IMG/VR virus record: IMGVR_UViG_3300028805_000089
Location: 24,718-88,717 of that record
DNA length: 64,000 nt
Strand: one strand, 5' to 3'
DNA from: a virus
Lineage: Duplodnaviria > Caudoviricetes
The notes under the pieces were generated by a model that saw nothing but the letters and a program-made list of their open reading frames with translations, ran no database searches and had not been told where the DNA came from. The translations under genes and the position numbers were made by a program. Below are positions 8,180 to 18,549 of the stretch, one piece after another. Every line of letters starts with the position of its first letter. Within the stretch, counting starts at the first letter, position 1.

Positions 8180-8835
8180 AAATAGTTCCCCAATCCTTCT
8201 CGATCCTGACGCCCGTCCACCTGGATAAGGAATCCGTATCCCAACTTTATCAGCAAATCGAAACGGCGGGCCGCACATGCTACAAATCCCAGCTTGCCAT
8301 CACCGAAGATTCCGCACGTCAGTTCGTAAAAAGGCTGACAGAAAACCGGCACGAGGCAATGCTTGAACACGCGTCGATTACCGTGCGTTTCGTCACATCC
8401 CGTGCCGTTTCCCACGAACTCGTCCGTCACCGCATGGCATCCTTCGCCCAGCTTTCCCAGCGATATGTCAATTACTCCAAAGAGAAATTCGGCCACACCA
8501 TTCCCTTCGTCAGGCCGACGAACATCACACCAGGCACACGCGCTGACGAGTGTTTTCTGCTGGCATGTCAAGCGTGCGAAAACGCATATTTCGCCATGCT
8601 TGACGAAGGCTGTCCCCCGGAGGATGCCCGTTCTGTCCTGCCCAACGCAACGGCAACGGAAATCGTCGTGACGGCCAACCTCCGCGAATGGCGGCACATC
8701 CTTTCCCTTCGCGCAGCGGGCACAACAGGCAAACCCCACCCAGATATGCAGGCGCTCATGCTCCCCGTCCTCTCGGATTTCAGCGCCATGATGCCCGAAG
8801 TCTTCGGGGATATCCAACTCCCGACACACAAGTGA
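8176..8835 (+). CDS. thyX: FAD-dependent thymidylate synthase
   Basis: HEAMLEH and RHRMASFAQLSQRY ThyX motif, ARSVLPNA, NLREWRH. Confidence 0.93.
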   Translation: MKIVPQSFSILTPVHLDKESVSQLYQQIETAGRTCYKSQLAITEDSARQFVKRLTENRHEAMLEHASITVRFVTSRAVSHELVRHRMASFAQLSQRYVNYSKEKFGHTIPFVRPTNITPGTRADECFLLACQACENAYFAMLDEGCPPEDARSVLPNATATEIVVTANLREWRHILSLRAAGTTGKPHPDMQALMLPVLSDFSAMMPEVFGDIQLPTHK

Positions 8836-8861
8836 TAAAGTGATAATAGGAGGATTCAAAA

Positions 8862-9305
8862 TTGAACCGCATAACCCTGATCGGAAACCTCTGTTCTGAT
8901 CCTACGAGCCGCACCACACAGTCCGGCATCACCTACACCACGTTTACTTTGGCGGTCAACCGCCGCAACCGTTCCCAGAACGCGTCCGAAGGCCAGCCGG
9001 AGGCCGACTTCTTCCGCGTCACGGCATGGCGTCAGCTTGGCGATATCTGCGCGAAATACCTGGCCAAAGGCCGCAAGGTCGCGGTCGTCGGCCCCGTCTC
9101 CCTGAACACCTTTACCGGCAAAGACGGCGCTACCCACGCTACCATGGAAGTCACCGCCGACGACGTGGAATTCCTTTCCTCCCGTTCCGATGCCCCCGCC
9201 CAGGCAGCTGCCGCTCCGGACGCGGCTCCCGCCGACGCTCCCGCAGCGGAAAAGAAAGCGCCGTCCAAATACGTCGAAGTCGATGATGAGGAATTGCCAT
9301 TCTAA
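8862..9305 (+). CDS. ssb: single-stranded DNA-binding protein
   Basis: MNRITLIGNL...FTLAVNR...V.AW OB fold; acidic DDEELPF tail. Confidence 0.93.
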   Translation: MNRITLIGNLCSDPTSRTTQSGITYTTFTLAVNRRNRSQNASEGQPEADFFRVTAWRQLGDICAKYLAKGRKVAVVGPVSLNTFTGKDGATHATMEVTADDVEFLSSRSDAPAQAAAAPDAAPADAPAAEKKAPSKYVEVDDEELPF

Positions 9306-9314
9306 ATCCCGGAG

Positions 9315-9737
9315 GTGACCCTATTGAACTTTCCCTTCCAGGTTTTTCTCTGTCTCCTTTTCGGCGTGGTCTGCGTGGTCTTCATTGTCTGGGTCTTCCG
9401 TCAGGACAACGCCGGTTACATCACCACAGAAATCCCGATACCCGCGCAGAGGGGGAAGGCCATGACACCCCCTCCCGCTTTCTCCCCGCCCTACGGGGAC
9501 ATCTCCTTCACCAATATGCGTCTGCTCGTCTACTACGCCAACATCGCCGTCATCGCGGCGTCAGGCCGCAAGGGCAAGCCGCCCGAAGAAGACCTCCCGG
9601 ATATCCGCGAAAAGGCCATCGACATGGTACTTGCCTTTTGTCAGGCCGACGGATATGAGATCGACGCCGCCGCCCGCGCAGCCATTCCATTCATTGTCGA
9701 TTACCGCATCAACGAACTCTACGCCCCGCTGTTCTGA
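9315..9737 (+). CDS. membrane-anchored hypothetical protein
   Basis: N-terminal hydrophobic helix; GGAGG before GTG. Confidence 0.65.
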   Translation: MTLLNFPFQVFLCLLFGVVCVVFIVWVFRQDNAGYITTEIPIPAQRGKAMTPPPAFSPPYGDISFTNMRLLVYYANIAVIAASGRKGKPPEEDLPDIREKAIDMVLAFCQADGYEIDAAARAAIPFIVDYRINELYAPLF

Positions 9738-9751
9738 AAGGAGGAACCCAT

Positions 9752-10006
9752 ATGAACTTTGCCGATGCTCTTCTTGCCATGACGCACGGCGAACGTGTCC
9801 GCCTTCCATGGTGGCGCGGATACTGGTACATCCGCAAGGATACCATCGTTGTCCACCTCAAAGACGGCGACGAATTCGATATCCGCGAATCCACGGACAT
9901 CCTCGAAACCGTTTCCTATATGACCTCGGATTCATGGCAGCTTGTTCCTGACCATTCCGTCATGCACGATCTTCAGCAGGAGATGAACGAACTCTGCAAA
10001 ACATGA
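9752..10006 (+). CDS. DUF2829 / Tad2-like anti-defence protein
   Basis: MNFADAL.AM..GERVRLPWW.G...SDSWQLV pattern typical of DUF2829. Confidence 0.7.
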   Translation: MNFADALLAMTHGERVRLPWWRGYWYIRKDTIVVHLKDGDEFDIRESTDILETVSYMTSDSWQLVPDHSVMHDLQQEMNELCKT

Positions 10007-10042
10007 TTTGCCAAAACATGATTTACCAAAGCATGATTTGCC
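9998..10042 (+). repeat. 15-bp tandem repeat x3 (AAAACATGATTTGCC)
   Basis: Three imperfect direct copies overlapping the stop codon of the DUF2829 gene. Confidence 0.85.
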
Positions 10043-10072
10043 GAAAAATAATTCCCTGAAATACAATTCTGC

Positions 10073-10096
10073 AAACGGCCTTCGGGCCGTTTTTTT
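10073..10096 (+). terminator. intrinsic terminator at the convergence of the + and - operons
   Basis: AAACGGCC-TTCG-GGCCGTTT followed by a T run. Confidence 0.85.
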
Positions 10097-10308
10097 ATTA
10101 TCCGATTTTATCTCCACTCTCCACTCTTCACTCTCCACTCTGTTCTGTCCTCTTCACTCTAAAATAAAAAAAGCCCCGCGCACAGGCTACGCTGCCCATG
10201 CACGGGACCCCGAAAGGAGGTGATGCTGTTTCGGGACCGCCACTTCCCGAACGCATACTCATCATACCTTCTTTACGTCTTCACTTCAATCCTTCGTCCA
10301 AATAAACA

Positions 10309-10644
10309 TCAGTCCTCAAAATCCCCGTATACTTCCATCGTGCTGTCGGCGCTGGCGTTGACAACCTTCACGTAATTCACCCCGCCCATCGGGACCTTGT
10401 AAAGCCCCGCCACGCTGATGCTGTCGTCAACGCTGCCGTCCAGCAGATTGATAGGGGAGTCGAACCACACCCCGTTAACGGGATCATTCCCGGTATGTAC
10501 CTTCACGGTCAGGCTTGGTATCCCGTCGCTGAGTACCGTCAGGTATAGCGCCCTCGCGCCCATCTCGTTCTTCACGGGGCCGCCGTCCGTCAGGCCGCTT
10601 CCCTTCTTAATAAATTCCGCGCTCTGTACTCTCACCCGGATCAC
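10309..10644 (-). CDS. hypothetical protein, last gene of the late operon
   Basis: GTG overlaps the upstream TGA; 111 aa. Confidence 0.7.
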   Translation of the reverse strand: MIRVRVQSAEFIKKGSGLTDGGPVKNEMGARALYLTVLSDGIPSLTVKVHTGNDPVNGVWFDSPINLLDGSVDDSISVAGLYKVPMGGVNYVKVVNASADSTMEVYGDFED

Positions 10645-10910
10645 TCCTCTTCTTTCTTCTCTTCCTCTTCACCGTCATTGCCGACATAAACATCGCCCTC
10701 ATAGAAATCCCCGCCCGCGCTGGCGGCGTCGGTGAGTCCTTCCCCGATGATGTACGCGACAACCTACGCTCCGGCCATGATAATGCCGCTGATCTGCGTC
10801 ACGGTCTGCTCGTCCATGTGCAGGGCCAGCAGCAGCCCGCTCACAAATCCCACGATTGCCATCCAGAATTTCCTGCTCGTCAGTTTGCTTACCCAGTCGA
10901 TGTTCCTCAT
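10641..10910 (-). CDS. holin, 89 aa, with one in-frame TAG (codon 49)
   Basis: MRNIDWVSKLTSRKFW...IMAGA*VVAYIIGEGLTDAA; frame continues to TGA. Confidence 0.85.
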
Positions 10911-11028
10911 AAATCTTCGCTCCTCTCATTTTCGTCCCGGCGCGCCGGGTCAGTTACTTCCAAACAGGGGACGGTTCTCTGTTCCCTTCAAACCGTCTCC
11001 ATCTCAACTCTCAACTCTTCCCCGTTAC

Positions 11029-11277
11029 TTAACGCCTCCATGGATAATCGTAGCTCATTGCCCGTTCGCTGTCCCCGACGCCCTCCGTGGTCGGATCGAT
11101 CAGGACGCCCAGCAAGCCGAGCAGCGTCAGCACATGGCTGATGATGTCCATCACGGTGCTTTCCTCAACCGGCACCACGATGCCAAGGGATTTACAGACA
11201 TTGTATCCGAAGCCCACGATCAGGCTCAGGAAGGTCGCCAGCCAGACCTTGTTCCGAAAACGCACTTTCCAATTCAT
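11029..11277 (-). CDS. holin, phi-LC3 type
   Basis: MNWKVRFRNKVW...LGVLIDPTTEGVGDSERAMSY. Confidence 0.88.
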   Translation of the reverse strand: MNWKVRFRNKVWLATFLSLIVGFGYNVCKSLGIVVPVEESTVMDIISHVLTLLGLLGVLIDPTTEGVGDSERAMSYDYPWRR

Positions 11278-11281
11278 ACTC

Positions 11282-11506
11282 TTACCCCACTTTCTTCGAC
11301 AGTTCTTCTACGTCTTTGACGACGTCGTCCACGCGCTGCTCCAGTTTGATGGTCCGCTCCACCACCTGGTTGTGTTTTTCCACCTTGATCTCCAACTGTT
11401 CCAATCGGTACGCTATCAGGGCCGCCTGTTTACGGTTACTAATAAACGTCCCCAGGAACGCGCCAAGCGCGGTAATCACCGCCACCACGATCGTTGTCCA
11501 GTTCAT
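11282..11506 (-). CDS. small membrane/coiled-coil lysis-module protein (XhlA/holin-like)
   Basis: N-terminal TM helix followed by YRLEQLEIKVEKHN. Confidence 0.7.
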   Translation of the reverse strand: MNWTTIVVAVITALGAFLGTFISNRKQAALIAYRLEQLEIKVEKHNQVVERTIKLEQRVDDVVKDVEELSKKVG

Positions 11507-11600
11507 AGGATCACCCCCTCAATTATTTGTATTTTGCTAAAATAACCGTACCTCTTATTTTAAATAACTGCCCATCTCTGAAATAAGGAAGACCCCGTAA

Positions 11601-11660
11601 GCCTTCCCCTCAGGGGAAGGTGGCTGCGACCGCAGGGAGCAGACGGATGAGGTTCCCCGT
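11601..11660 (+). repeat. palindromic CCTTCCCC..GGGGAAGG..GGATGAGG element, copy 1
   Basis: Same element at 24123, 49036 and 52571; expanded form at 19981. Confidence 0.8.
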
Positions 11661-11761
11661 CGTTCCCGTCCGTTTCCGTCCGTTCCTTCCCCGTTATCAA
11701 ACAGGGGACGGTTCCTCGTGTTCTCTCCATAATCCCTTTTACCATGTTCACTTCAACGATC

Positions 11762-12661
11762 TCAGCAGCACGTAATCGTGAATTCCGCCATCTGTGCGTC
11801 CGTGGCGTTGTTGAAGTCGCTGAACGGGCTGTTCTCTGCGTCGAGCTTCCACATCACAATCACGGAATCGTACCCGCTCGGAATGTCGAATTCCGTCTCG
11901 GGCCCCGTCTCCCACGGCCAGGAGGCAATATCCGTCGAAGTCGACCCGGACCACGTCCCCGTTGGTTTCCTGGAGGCCACGTATCCGCCGCAGTATTCGG
12001 ACGCCACGTTCTTTTTGAAATACATCACGATGCTCTTGAATGTTGCGTCAAGCGATGTCACCCTGATCTTCGATGTGTTCGGGGCAAGCGGGATCGGCAC
12101 GACCCAGCCGAATTTATACGAGGTCGGCCTGCTTCCGACGGGCTTGACCGTCGCGCTCGCCGAAGTGTCGGTGGTCATGAGGTAGTCGACCAGCAGCTTG
12201 GTCTCTTCATCGTCTACGTCGAGCGCCGTACAGTAAGCCGTATACCAGGAATCTGTGGGATACGCATACATCCCGGTGATGTCGTTACTGGTGCTCGGCG
12301 GATAAGCGTAGGTGTGCGTCGCTTTAACAAACCCGCTCAGCACCACCTCGCACGTCACGGCGCAGGTCGCGGTAACGGTGCCGGATGTCGCCGTAATGTT
12401 GCAGGTGCCCGCGCCGGCGATGGTCACAAGGCCCGTCTGCGATACCGTCGCCACGTTTGTATCGGACGATGCCCAGTATATGCCGTCGATCGAATCCAAA
12501 GGGATAACGCTTGCCGTAAGCTGAGTCGTCGCGCCGATCGCGCTGGCGCTTATCGTGTTCTGAGAAAGCGTGACCTGGCTTGTATGCTCGCCTTCAAACG
12601 TCACCGTGTCCAGTTTGTTCGTGTTGAAATCCGCGCCCTTGATGACCAGTGTTTTTGCCAT
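11762..12661 (-). CDS. Ig-like (Big_2) domain virion protein
   Basis: WASSDTNVATVSQTGLVTIAGAGTCNITAT. Confidence 0.8.
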   Translation of the reverse strand: MAKTLVIKGADFNTNKLDTVTFEGEHTSQVTLSQNTISASAIGATTQLTASVIPLDSIDGIYWASSDTNVATVSQTGLVTIAGAGTCNITATSGTVTATCAVTCEVVLSGFVKATHTYAYPPSTSNDITGMYAYPTDSWYTAYCTALDVDDEETKLLVDYLMTTDTSASATVKPVGSRPTSYKFGWVVPIPLAPNTSKIRVTSLDATFKSIVMYFKKNVASEYCGGYVASRKPTGTWSGSTSTDIASWPWETGPETEFDIPSGYDSVIVMWKLDAENSPFSDFNNATDAQMAEFTITCC

Positions 12662-12664
12662 TGC

Positions 12665-14776
12665 TCAATACCTCCACTTCAGTTTGATGAATGCCCTCGC
12701 AGAAGCCGTTGCGTAAACCACCTTGCCGATGGCCGCGTCCGGGTCGTTCACTTTCGCCAGTTTGCAGTCCGCGTCCAGGCCGATGTAATCCCCTATGGAC
12801 AGCCCTGTCAGGCCGGCCCTGTCGGCCGCGATATACCCACGCGTCTGGATGTATGTGTCGCTGGCGGTCTGGTACGCGACGACGCCGTACACTTTGTCCA
12901 GGGCTGTGGCTTTCTGCCAGTCCTGACCGCTCCGCAGGTTGTAATACTCCACGGCGGTCCCTACGGGCAGGGAGTTTTTGACCGCGCACTGCACGTCCGC
13001 GGTGTTATAGTAAGTCGCCGGCGACGTGTTGTACATCGGCGAACTCCCGCCGCAGCCCATGATCACGATATGCGGATACGTCTGATCGGCGCCAGGGTCT
13101 TTCGATGCCGACAGTATCGTAAAATCGCAGTTGTCGAACACATACACCACCACGTCGTCCGGGTCGGTCGTCTCCAGGTAGTCGTACATGCTGAAGTTGT
13201 ACCCCTTGCAGTTGTACAGGTACACCCTCGGAAGGTTGGGCAGTGAAGGCCGCGTGTGCAGCCCGCCGAGATGGCCGAAATCAACATTATAAAATTCATA
13301 TTCCATACCACACTGGGCGATCCCGGCCCCGTATGTGTGCGGAGGATTGTAGGACATCGCGCCATACGCCCGGAGGACGATGTTTTTCATGGTCCTGTGC
13401 AAAACTTTCCCGATCGGGCAGTGGAAATCGTCGTGGATGCAGTACCGGATGTTCTCCGCGAGGATCGTCAGGTTTTCGATCCCGCCTCCGCCCTGGAGGT
13501 TCAGAGTGCTGATTGCGTTCCGTACATCACTCGAATAATCGGTGGTGTTCAGAGACGCTGTCAGGATGATCTCCTCCGGCTTGCCCATGCCGATCAGGCT
13601 CATTCCGTTGAGCAGTTTCGGCCCCACGAATCCGGTCTGGTTGAAATACGCTGCCTGGATCTCCTCCTCGGTATAGTCTTCCAGCACGTCATACGTCCCC
13701 GGATAGATCTCGATGCGGTACGGGTTCAGCACATCGTTGGCGCTTGTCCCGATCGCGTCCAGCGCGTCTCTAAGATTTGTGTAATCCCCTGTGCCGTCTT
13801 TTTTGATGCTGACCACGGTCGGCCTGATCGGCACATCCCCGAGAACGCTGACCTCGAACGTGACGGTCCGACCGTTGTTGATCGCCCCCGCGGCATATAC
13901 CGCGCTAATGCTTTCCGCGTCCTCGGTCAGGGTGTATTCGTACCACGAACAGTCGCACCTTGCGGAAACAATGGTTGTATTGTCGTGCTTGTATGTGATG
14001 TTTACCCCGTCTTCCCACGGCATTGCCCCGCGCTCAATGTGGAGCACCAGCCGATCTCCCGCTTTGAAATTTCGCGTGATGGTCAGCGTCAGCCCCTGGC
14101 CGCTCGCGGCGGTCCCGCGCACGGAATAAGTCACGTACTTCCTGCCGTCAAATACCTTGGTCACGATCCCGCCGTCGGCGAAACGCCCGAGCACATGCCC
14201 GTATGGATCCACGATGTCCAAGTCGGTCCCCGTGGCCTCGCTGTCCTTGATCAGGTCGGCGCTGTTAAAATTTTTCGTGACAATATGCCCGTTTTCTAAC
14301 CTGACAATCACGTTCCCGGAAGGGTCTGTAATGTCCAGGTCTGCCGTCCCGTCGCTATCAAGCACGCTTGGAATCTTGTTATTTATTTTATACGTTGCAT
14401 CATCAGTTGCGCTCTTTAAGTCACTAACCTCCCCGCCCACGTTCACTTGCGTCCAATGGCCGGATGTCCATGCTTCGCCCGACGCGATTGCCGTCGTACA
14501 TCTGTAAAGCAGCCCGTTGTGGATAACGTAATCGCCGACGGCATATGATGCGCTGGCAGAGTACGTCGGCGCAAAGTTCGCCACGGTATCCGTAAAATCC
14601 TGCGGAAGCGACTCCGTCAAACTCTGCGCCCTGTCGGCTGCTTCAGCCGCGATCTGTGCGTTCTCCTATGCGTTCCCGATTGCTTCAGCCCACTCGGCCT
14701 TGCTCCCGGTGTACCCTTCCTGCACCGCAATGGCATACGCGGATATCGGGCCGATTACTTTCGTCTGTGTTGCCAT
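12665..14776 (-). CDS. tail appendage / receptor-binding protein, 703 aa, with a CBM-like repeat and a pectinesterase-like beta-helix; TAG at codon 37
   Basis: ATG 14776 MATQTKVIGPISAY...GNA*ENAQ continues in frame into the 651 aa ORF; KKDGTGDYTNLRDALDAI...IYPGTY. Confidence 0.8.
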
Positions 14777-14780
14777 CTCT

Positions 14781-16346
14781 TCATCCCTCCATGTTTGCCA
14801 TACGCGCATCCGCGATGGCGCGGTCCATCTGTTCCAGCGTCCTGTGCAGTTCAGCGCTTACGTCTTCAAGCCTGCGAAGGATTTCTTCCATGCCGCCCTT
14901 GATATCATCGTCGCCGCCGCTTTCGCCCTTCTTCCCTTCGTCCCCGCCGATGCCAAGTTCCTTCTCGATCTCGTTCCACGTAAGCTAACCCACGATTCCG
15001 TCGGCCTTCAGCCCGTGATTCACCTGGAACTTCTTCACGGCCAAATCCGTCTGCGTCCCGAATATCCCGTCCGGTCTCCCGCAGTCATATCCAAGCTGGT
15101 TCAGCCACTCCTGCAGTTGCTTCACCGCGTCGCCGTTGCTGCCCTTCTTTACCGTTACCATCAGGATCACCTTTCCCGCTTCCGCGATTTCTTCCGGCGT
15201 GTAAAGTCCTTTCGGTATCCCGTAGTTCGTCCAGGATGTGTCGCTCAAGCTTCCGTACTTAACCCCGCCGTTCCCGGTGCAATGGATGATAACGCCGTCC
15301 CCGATGTGGATTCCCGTGTGCGAATAATTTTTGTTCGCGGAGTTGTACTTAAAAAGGCAGCACACCACATTCGGCATCCCGGCGGTCTTACCGCGCTGTT
15401 CCCAGTTTCTCGGCGTTTCATACTGCGTCGTGCATCCCTCGCCGTAAAGGTCAATGCCAGCGCCATGCTCCATCACATAATGCGTAAACCCCCGGCAGTC
15501 GTAGCATTGATGCCCCTGCCACTTACACCCGTCGCAGGTCTTCTGCTTGTTCTACAGCACCGGGCATTCCCCGTAGATTTTGCTCTTATACTCCGGGCGA
15601 TAACCGGCGTATTTCTTCCGCGTCTCCGGGGTGCATTCCTGCCCCCACGCGCCAAAGACATACGGGTCGCCGATTTTGCTTTCAGCCAGTTCTACCACAT
15701 CCCGCGCCTTATCGTTTAACAACACTTTATCCGTCACATGCACCGCCTCCCTCAGTACCAGTCCTCCGTAGTTGTCCATCACGGCACATCCCGGATAATA
15801 AAACGCCAGAATGTCCCTGTACCAAATCCCGTGCTTCGCGGCCACCCGCGCACCGCGCTGGCTCATGCCCACGCCGTGTCCGTACTTTTTGTGTCCGTCC
15901 TCCCTGTCCCATGGGTCTTCCTGCTCGATCAGGTAGGGATAATCCCCGCCCCACCGTTCCTTGGACGAAGTCGTTCTCCCGCCGTTGTTCGCGCTGAAGT
16001 GGGCGACGGCAATGCCGCCGCCGTACATCAGCACCTCGCCTTTGGTATCCATCGCGGCACGGTACGATATGGGATATTTCCCATAATCACACCGCGCCGC
16101 CCGGTATGCCATCGTGGTCTATGCGTCGTCGCTCACCGCCAGCCCCCGCAGCGCCCCTCTGGATATCGCCAGACTCCGCGCCGCAACGGCCTGCGCTTTG
16201 CACGCTTCCATGCCGGACTCCCCGATTTCGGACGCGGTCACCGCCGCGACGTATTCCTCAAAGTCCACGTTTACCGTATCCCCGATATTCACCCCGAAGA
16301 ATTCCGCGTTCTCCCTTTGCGTTATTCTTACCGTTATCTCAGGCAT
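14781..16346 (-). CDS. endolysin-like cell-wall hydrolase, 521 aa: SpoIID/LytB + NlpC/P60 + peptidoglycan-binding domain; 3 TAGs
   Basis: EAQAVAARS, YGHGVGMSQRGA, IGDPYVFG...DCRGF, HTGIHIG, DGIVG*LTW; TAGs at 16119, 15552 and 14985 are all in one frame. Confidence 0.85.
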
Positions 16347-16435
16347 TGTCCGTCTCCTTATGCATTTAATAGGGGAGAAGCAGAAGTGACCCTGCCCCTC
16401 CCCCTTGGCAGGGAGTTGGTTACTTAAAGCCTCCG

Positions 16436-18493
16436 TCAATTGTTCAACGCCCTCGGCGAGTTGTATCTCGCAAACATCCACTGCCGCCCCTGGCTGATCA
16501 ATCTCCTGATCTCATGTGTCCAGTATTCCGCCACGACCAGATTGCCGCCCGTGCCAAAGTGAAGTCCGTCATACGGATGGAGCCATGTGTGGTTTGTTGG
16601 CGTCGCACCGTCATGCGAAAATTCGCCCGTGAATTCAGCGACGCCCACCACGTTCATCGGATAAAGGGCGGCGATCTGGTGGATCACGTTATTCGTAACG
16701 TCCACATCGCCGTTTGATGCCCACACCGTGCCAAGATAGATCCGCGCCGTGTTTTTCTGTGAAATAATTTTTGAGATGATCTTGCAATAATATCCGGTTT
16801 CGGTTTCGGCGAAATCATTATAATTGGTGTACGGAGTGACATCGGTTGATAGCGTATCGGTTAGTCCGTTGTTCGTCCCAAGCCATATAATAAAATCCTT
16901 ATACTGGCTGTATGTATAGGAATCGCTATACTCGGTATACCAGTTTGATGCGGAGTACCCGCTTTTCCCGGCGTTCGTTACGGTTGCCCCCGTGAATTTT
17001 GCCAGAAATTGCGGATACGATACGTCCGTATGCGGAGGATTGCCGTTGCCGTGCCAATAGGATTCAGTCAGGCTGTCACCAATGCACAGAACGTTTTGAA
17101 GATAATATTCGTATCTCGGTTCAAGCCGGTCAATGATTGTTCCTGAGGTAACGGAATTGTCAAGGTATGCGCTCTTAACGGTATACCGATATGACGCAGG
17201 GAGATAGATTTTTGTGGATGACGTTGTCATCTCGCTGGCCCGGAAATATTTCGCGCCGCTCGGCACGATGATCGTGGTCAGGCAGTCAAGCTGTTTGTTC
17301 CACTGGTTCGTTGCTCCGGATATATAGGTCCGGTCGGCATCATAAAACGCGATCCCGGCGGCATCCCTATACCCGCACTGCAGTTTCATCGTGTCTGTAT
17401 GGATCGGCAGGAAATCCGTATAGTTGAAATTGACGCTGTCCGTAAGTTCGCCTGTGCTCGCAACAACGTATTTGCCGGCTTTCCACAGCACGGGCATCTC
17501 AAACCACCTGTCGTATTTTTCATCCGTGCTTCCGTTCATTGCGGCGTATACGTCCTCGGCGGCAGTATAATACACCGTTACCACGCCAAGCGTCTTTGAG
17601 CATGATATCACGATGTATTCGGCGTTAGCAGGGATCGTCGGCACGATCAGGTATGCATCCGTATATGTCCCGGTAAAACCGTCAAGATAACCCAAATCAG
17701 CATCATAAAAAGAAACGCCCGCAGAGTTGTTGTTAAGTTTGGTACGGAACCCGATCAGGTTTTTCACAGGCAGGAATGTCGTTGTGTAATAGGATGTATT
17801 GGTTGCCGCCACCCCGGTGGAATAATCCCTGTACCTGTTCTGTATCAGTGTCGGCGTATATGCCACTGCCGTGTCGATATTATCAATCGCGCTCTTTAAG
17901 TCATCAACATCCCCCGCCAGAGCATCGGTCACCGTCTTGATTCCTGCGCTCGTTACGGGGTTGCTGCTGCCTGCGGTCGGCGTGGAGTCAAACGTCAGTT
18001 TGTCCTGTTTCCCCGTTTCCAAATCGCTGATTTGTGTACTGTGAAAGTCAACGGTCATCTGGTCGGCAGCCTGGATATTGTTTCTGGCAGCGCTCCTTTG
18101 GGCCGAAGTCAGGTTCTGGGTTTCATGCCACACGGCCTTTGAAAGGTCCTCGCCGACGCTCACCTGTACCCAATGCGCGGGTGTCCACGCTTCTGCCGTC
18201 GTGATTTTAGTAGTACACCTGTAAAGCGATCCGTAGTGGATTACATAAGCGCCGACCGCGTATGTCGAGCTGGTGGAATATGTCGGTGCAAAGTTTGCAA
18301 TCGTATCCGTAAAATCATCAGGCAGCGACTCTGTCAGGTTCTACACCCTGTCTGCCGCAGCTTCTGCTGCCGCCGCGTTCGCCTACGCGTTGCCAATTTC
18401 CGCAGCCCATTCGGACTTACTGCCGGTGTATCCTTCCTGCACCGCAATGGCATACGCTGAAATAGGTCCGATCACTTTTGTCTGTGTCGCCAT
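16436..18493 (-). CDS. tail appendage with SGNH/GDSL esterase domain, 685 aa; TAGs at codons 37 and 51
   Basis: N-terminal module paralogous to 12665-14776; CIGDSLT, WLGTNN, DGLH motifs. Confidence 0.8.
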
Positions 18494-18549
18494 TTTCATT
18501 CCTCCTCATTTCATCAAACAGGGGACGGTTCTCCGTTCCCCGTCCTCCG

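Noticed and set aside
18341-18343. TAG->Gln (translation table 15) as the explanation; this TAG aligns with CAG in the paralogous module
   Set aside because: It is a single site in a diverged stretch. The only CUA tRNA seen has a Ser body, and the best-conserved alignments (major tail Ser52, holin motif) indicate Ser. Not fully excluded without proteomics.
11762-18493. Diversity-generating retroelement acting on tail appendage genes
   Set aside because: No reverse transcriptase and no TR/VR pair differing only at adenines; the shared module is N-terminal and differs at all base types.
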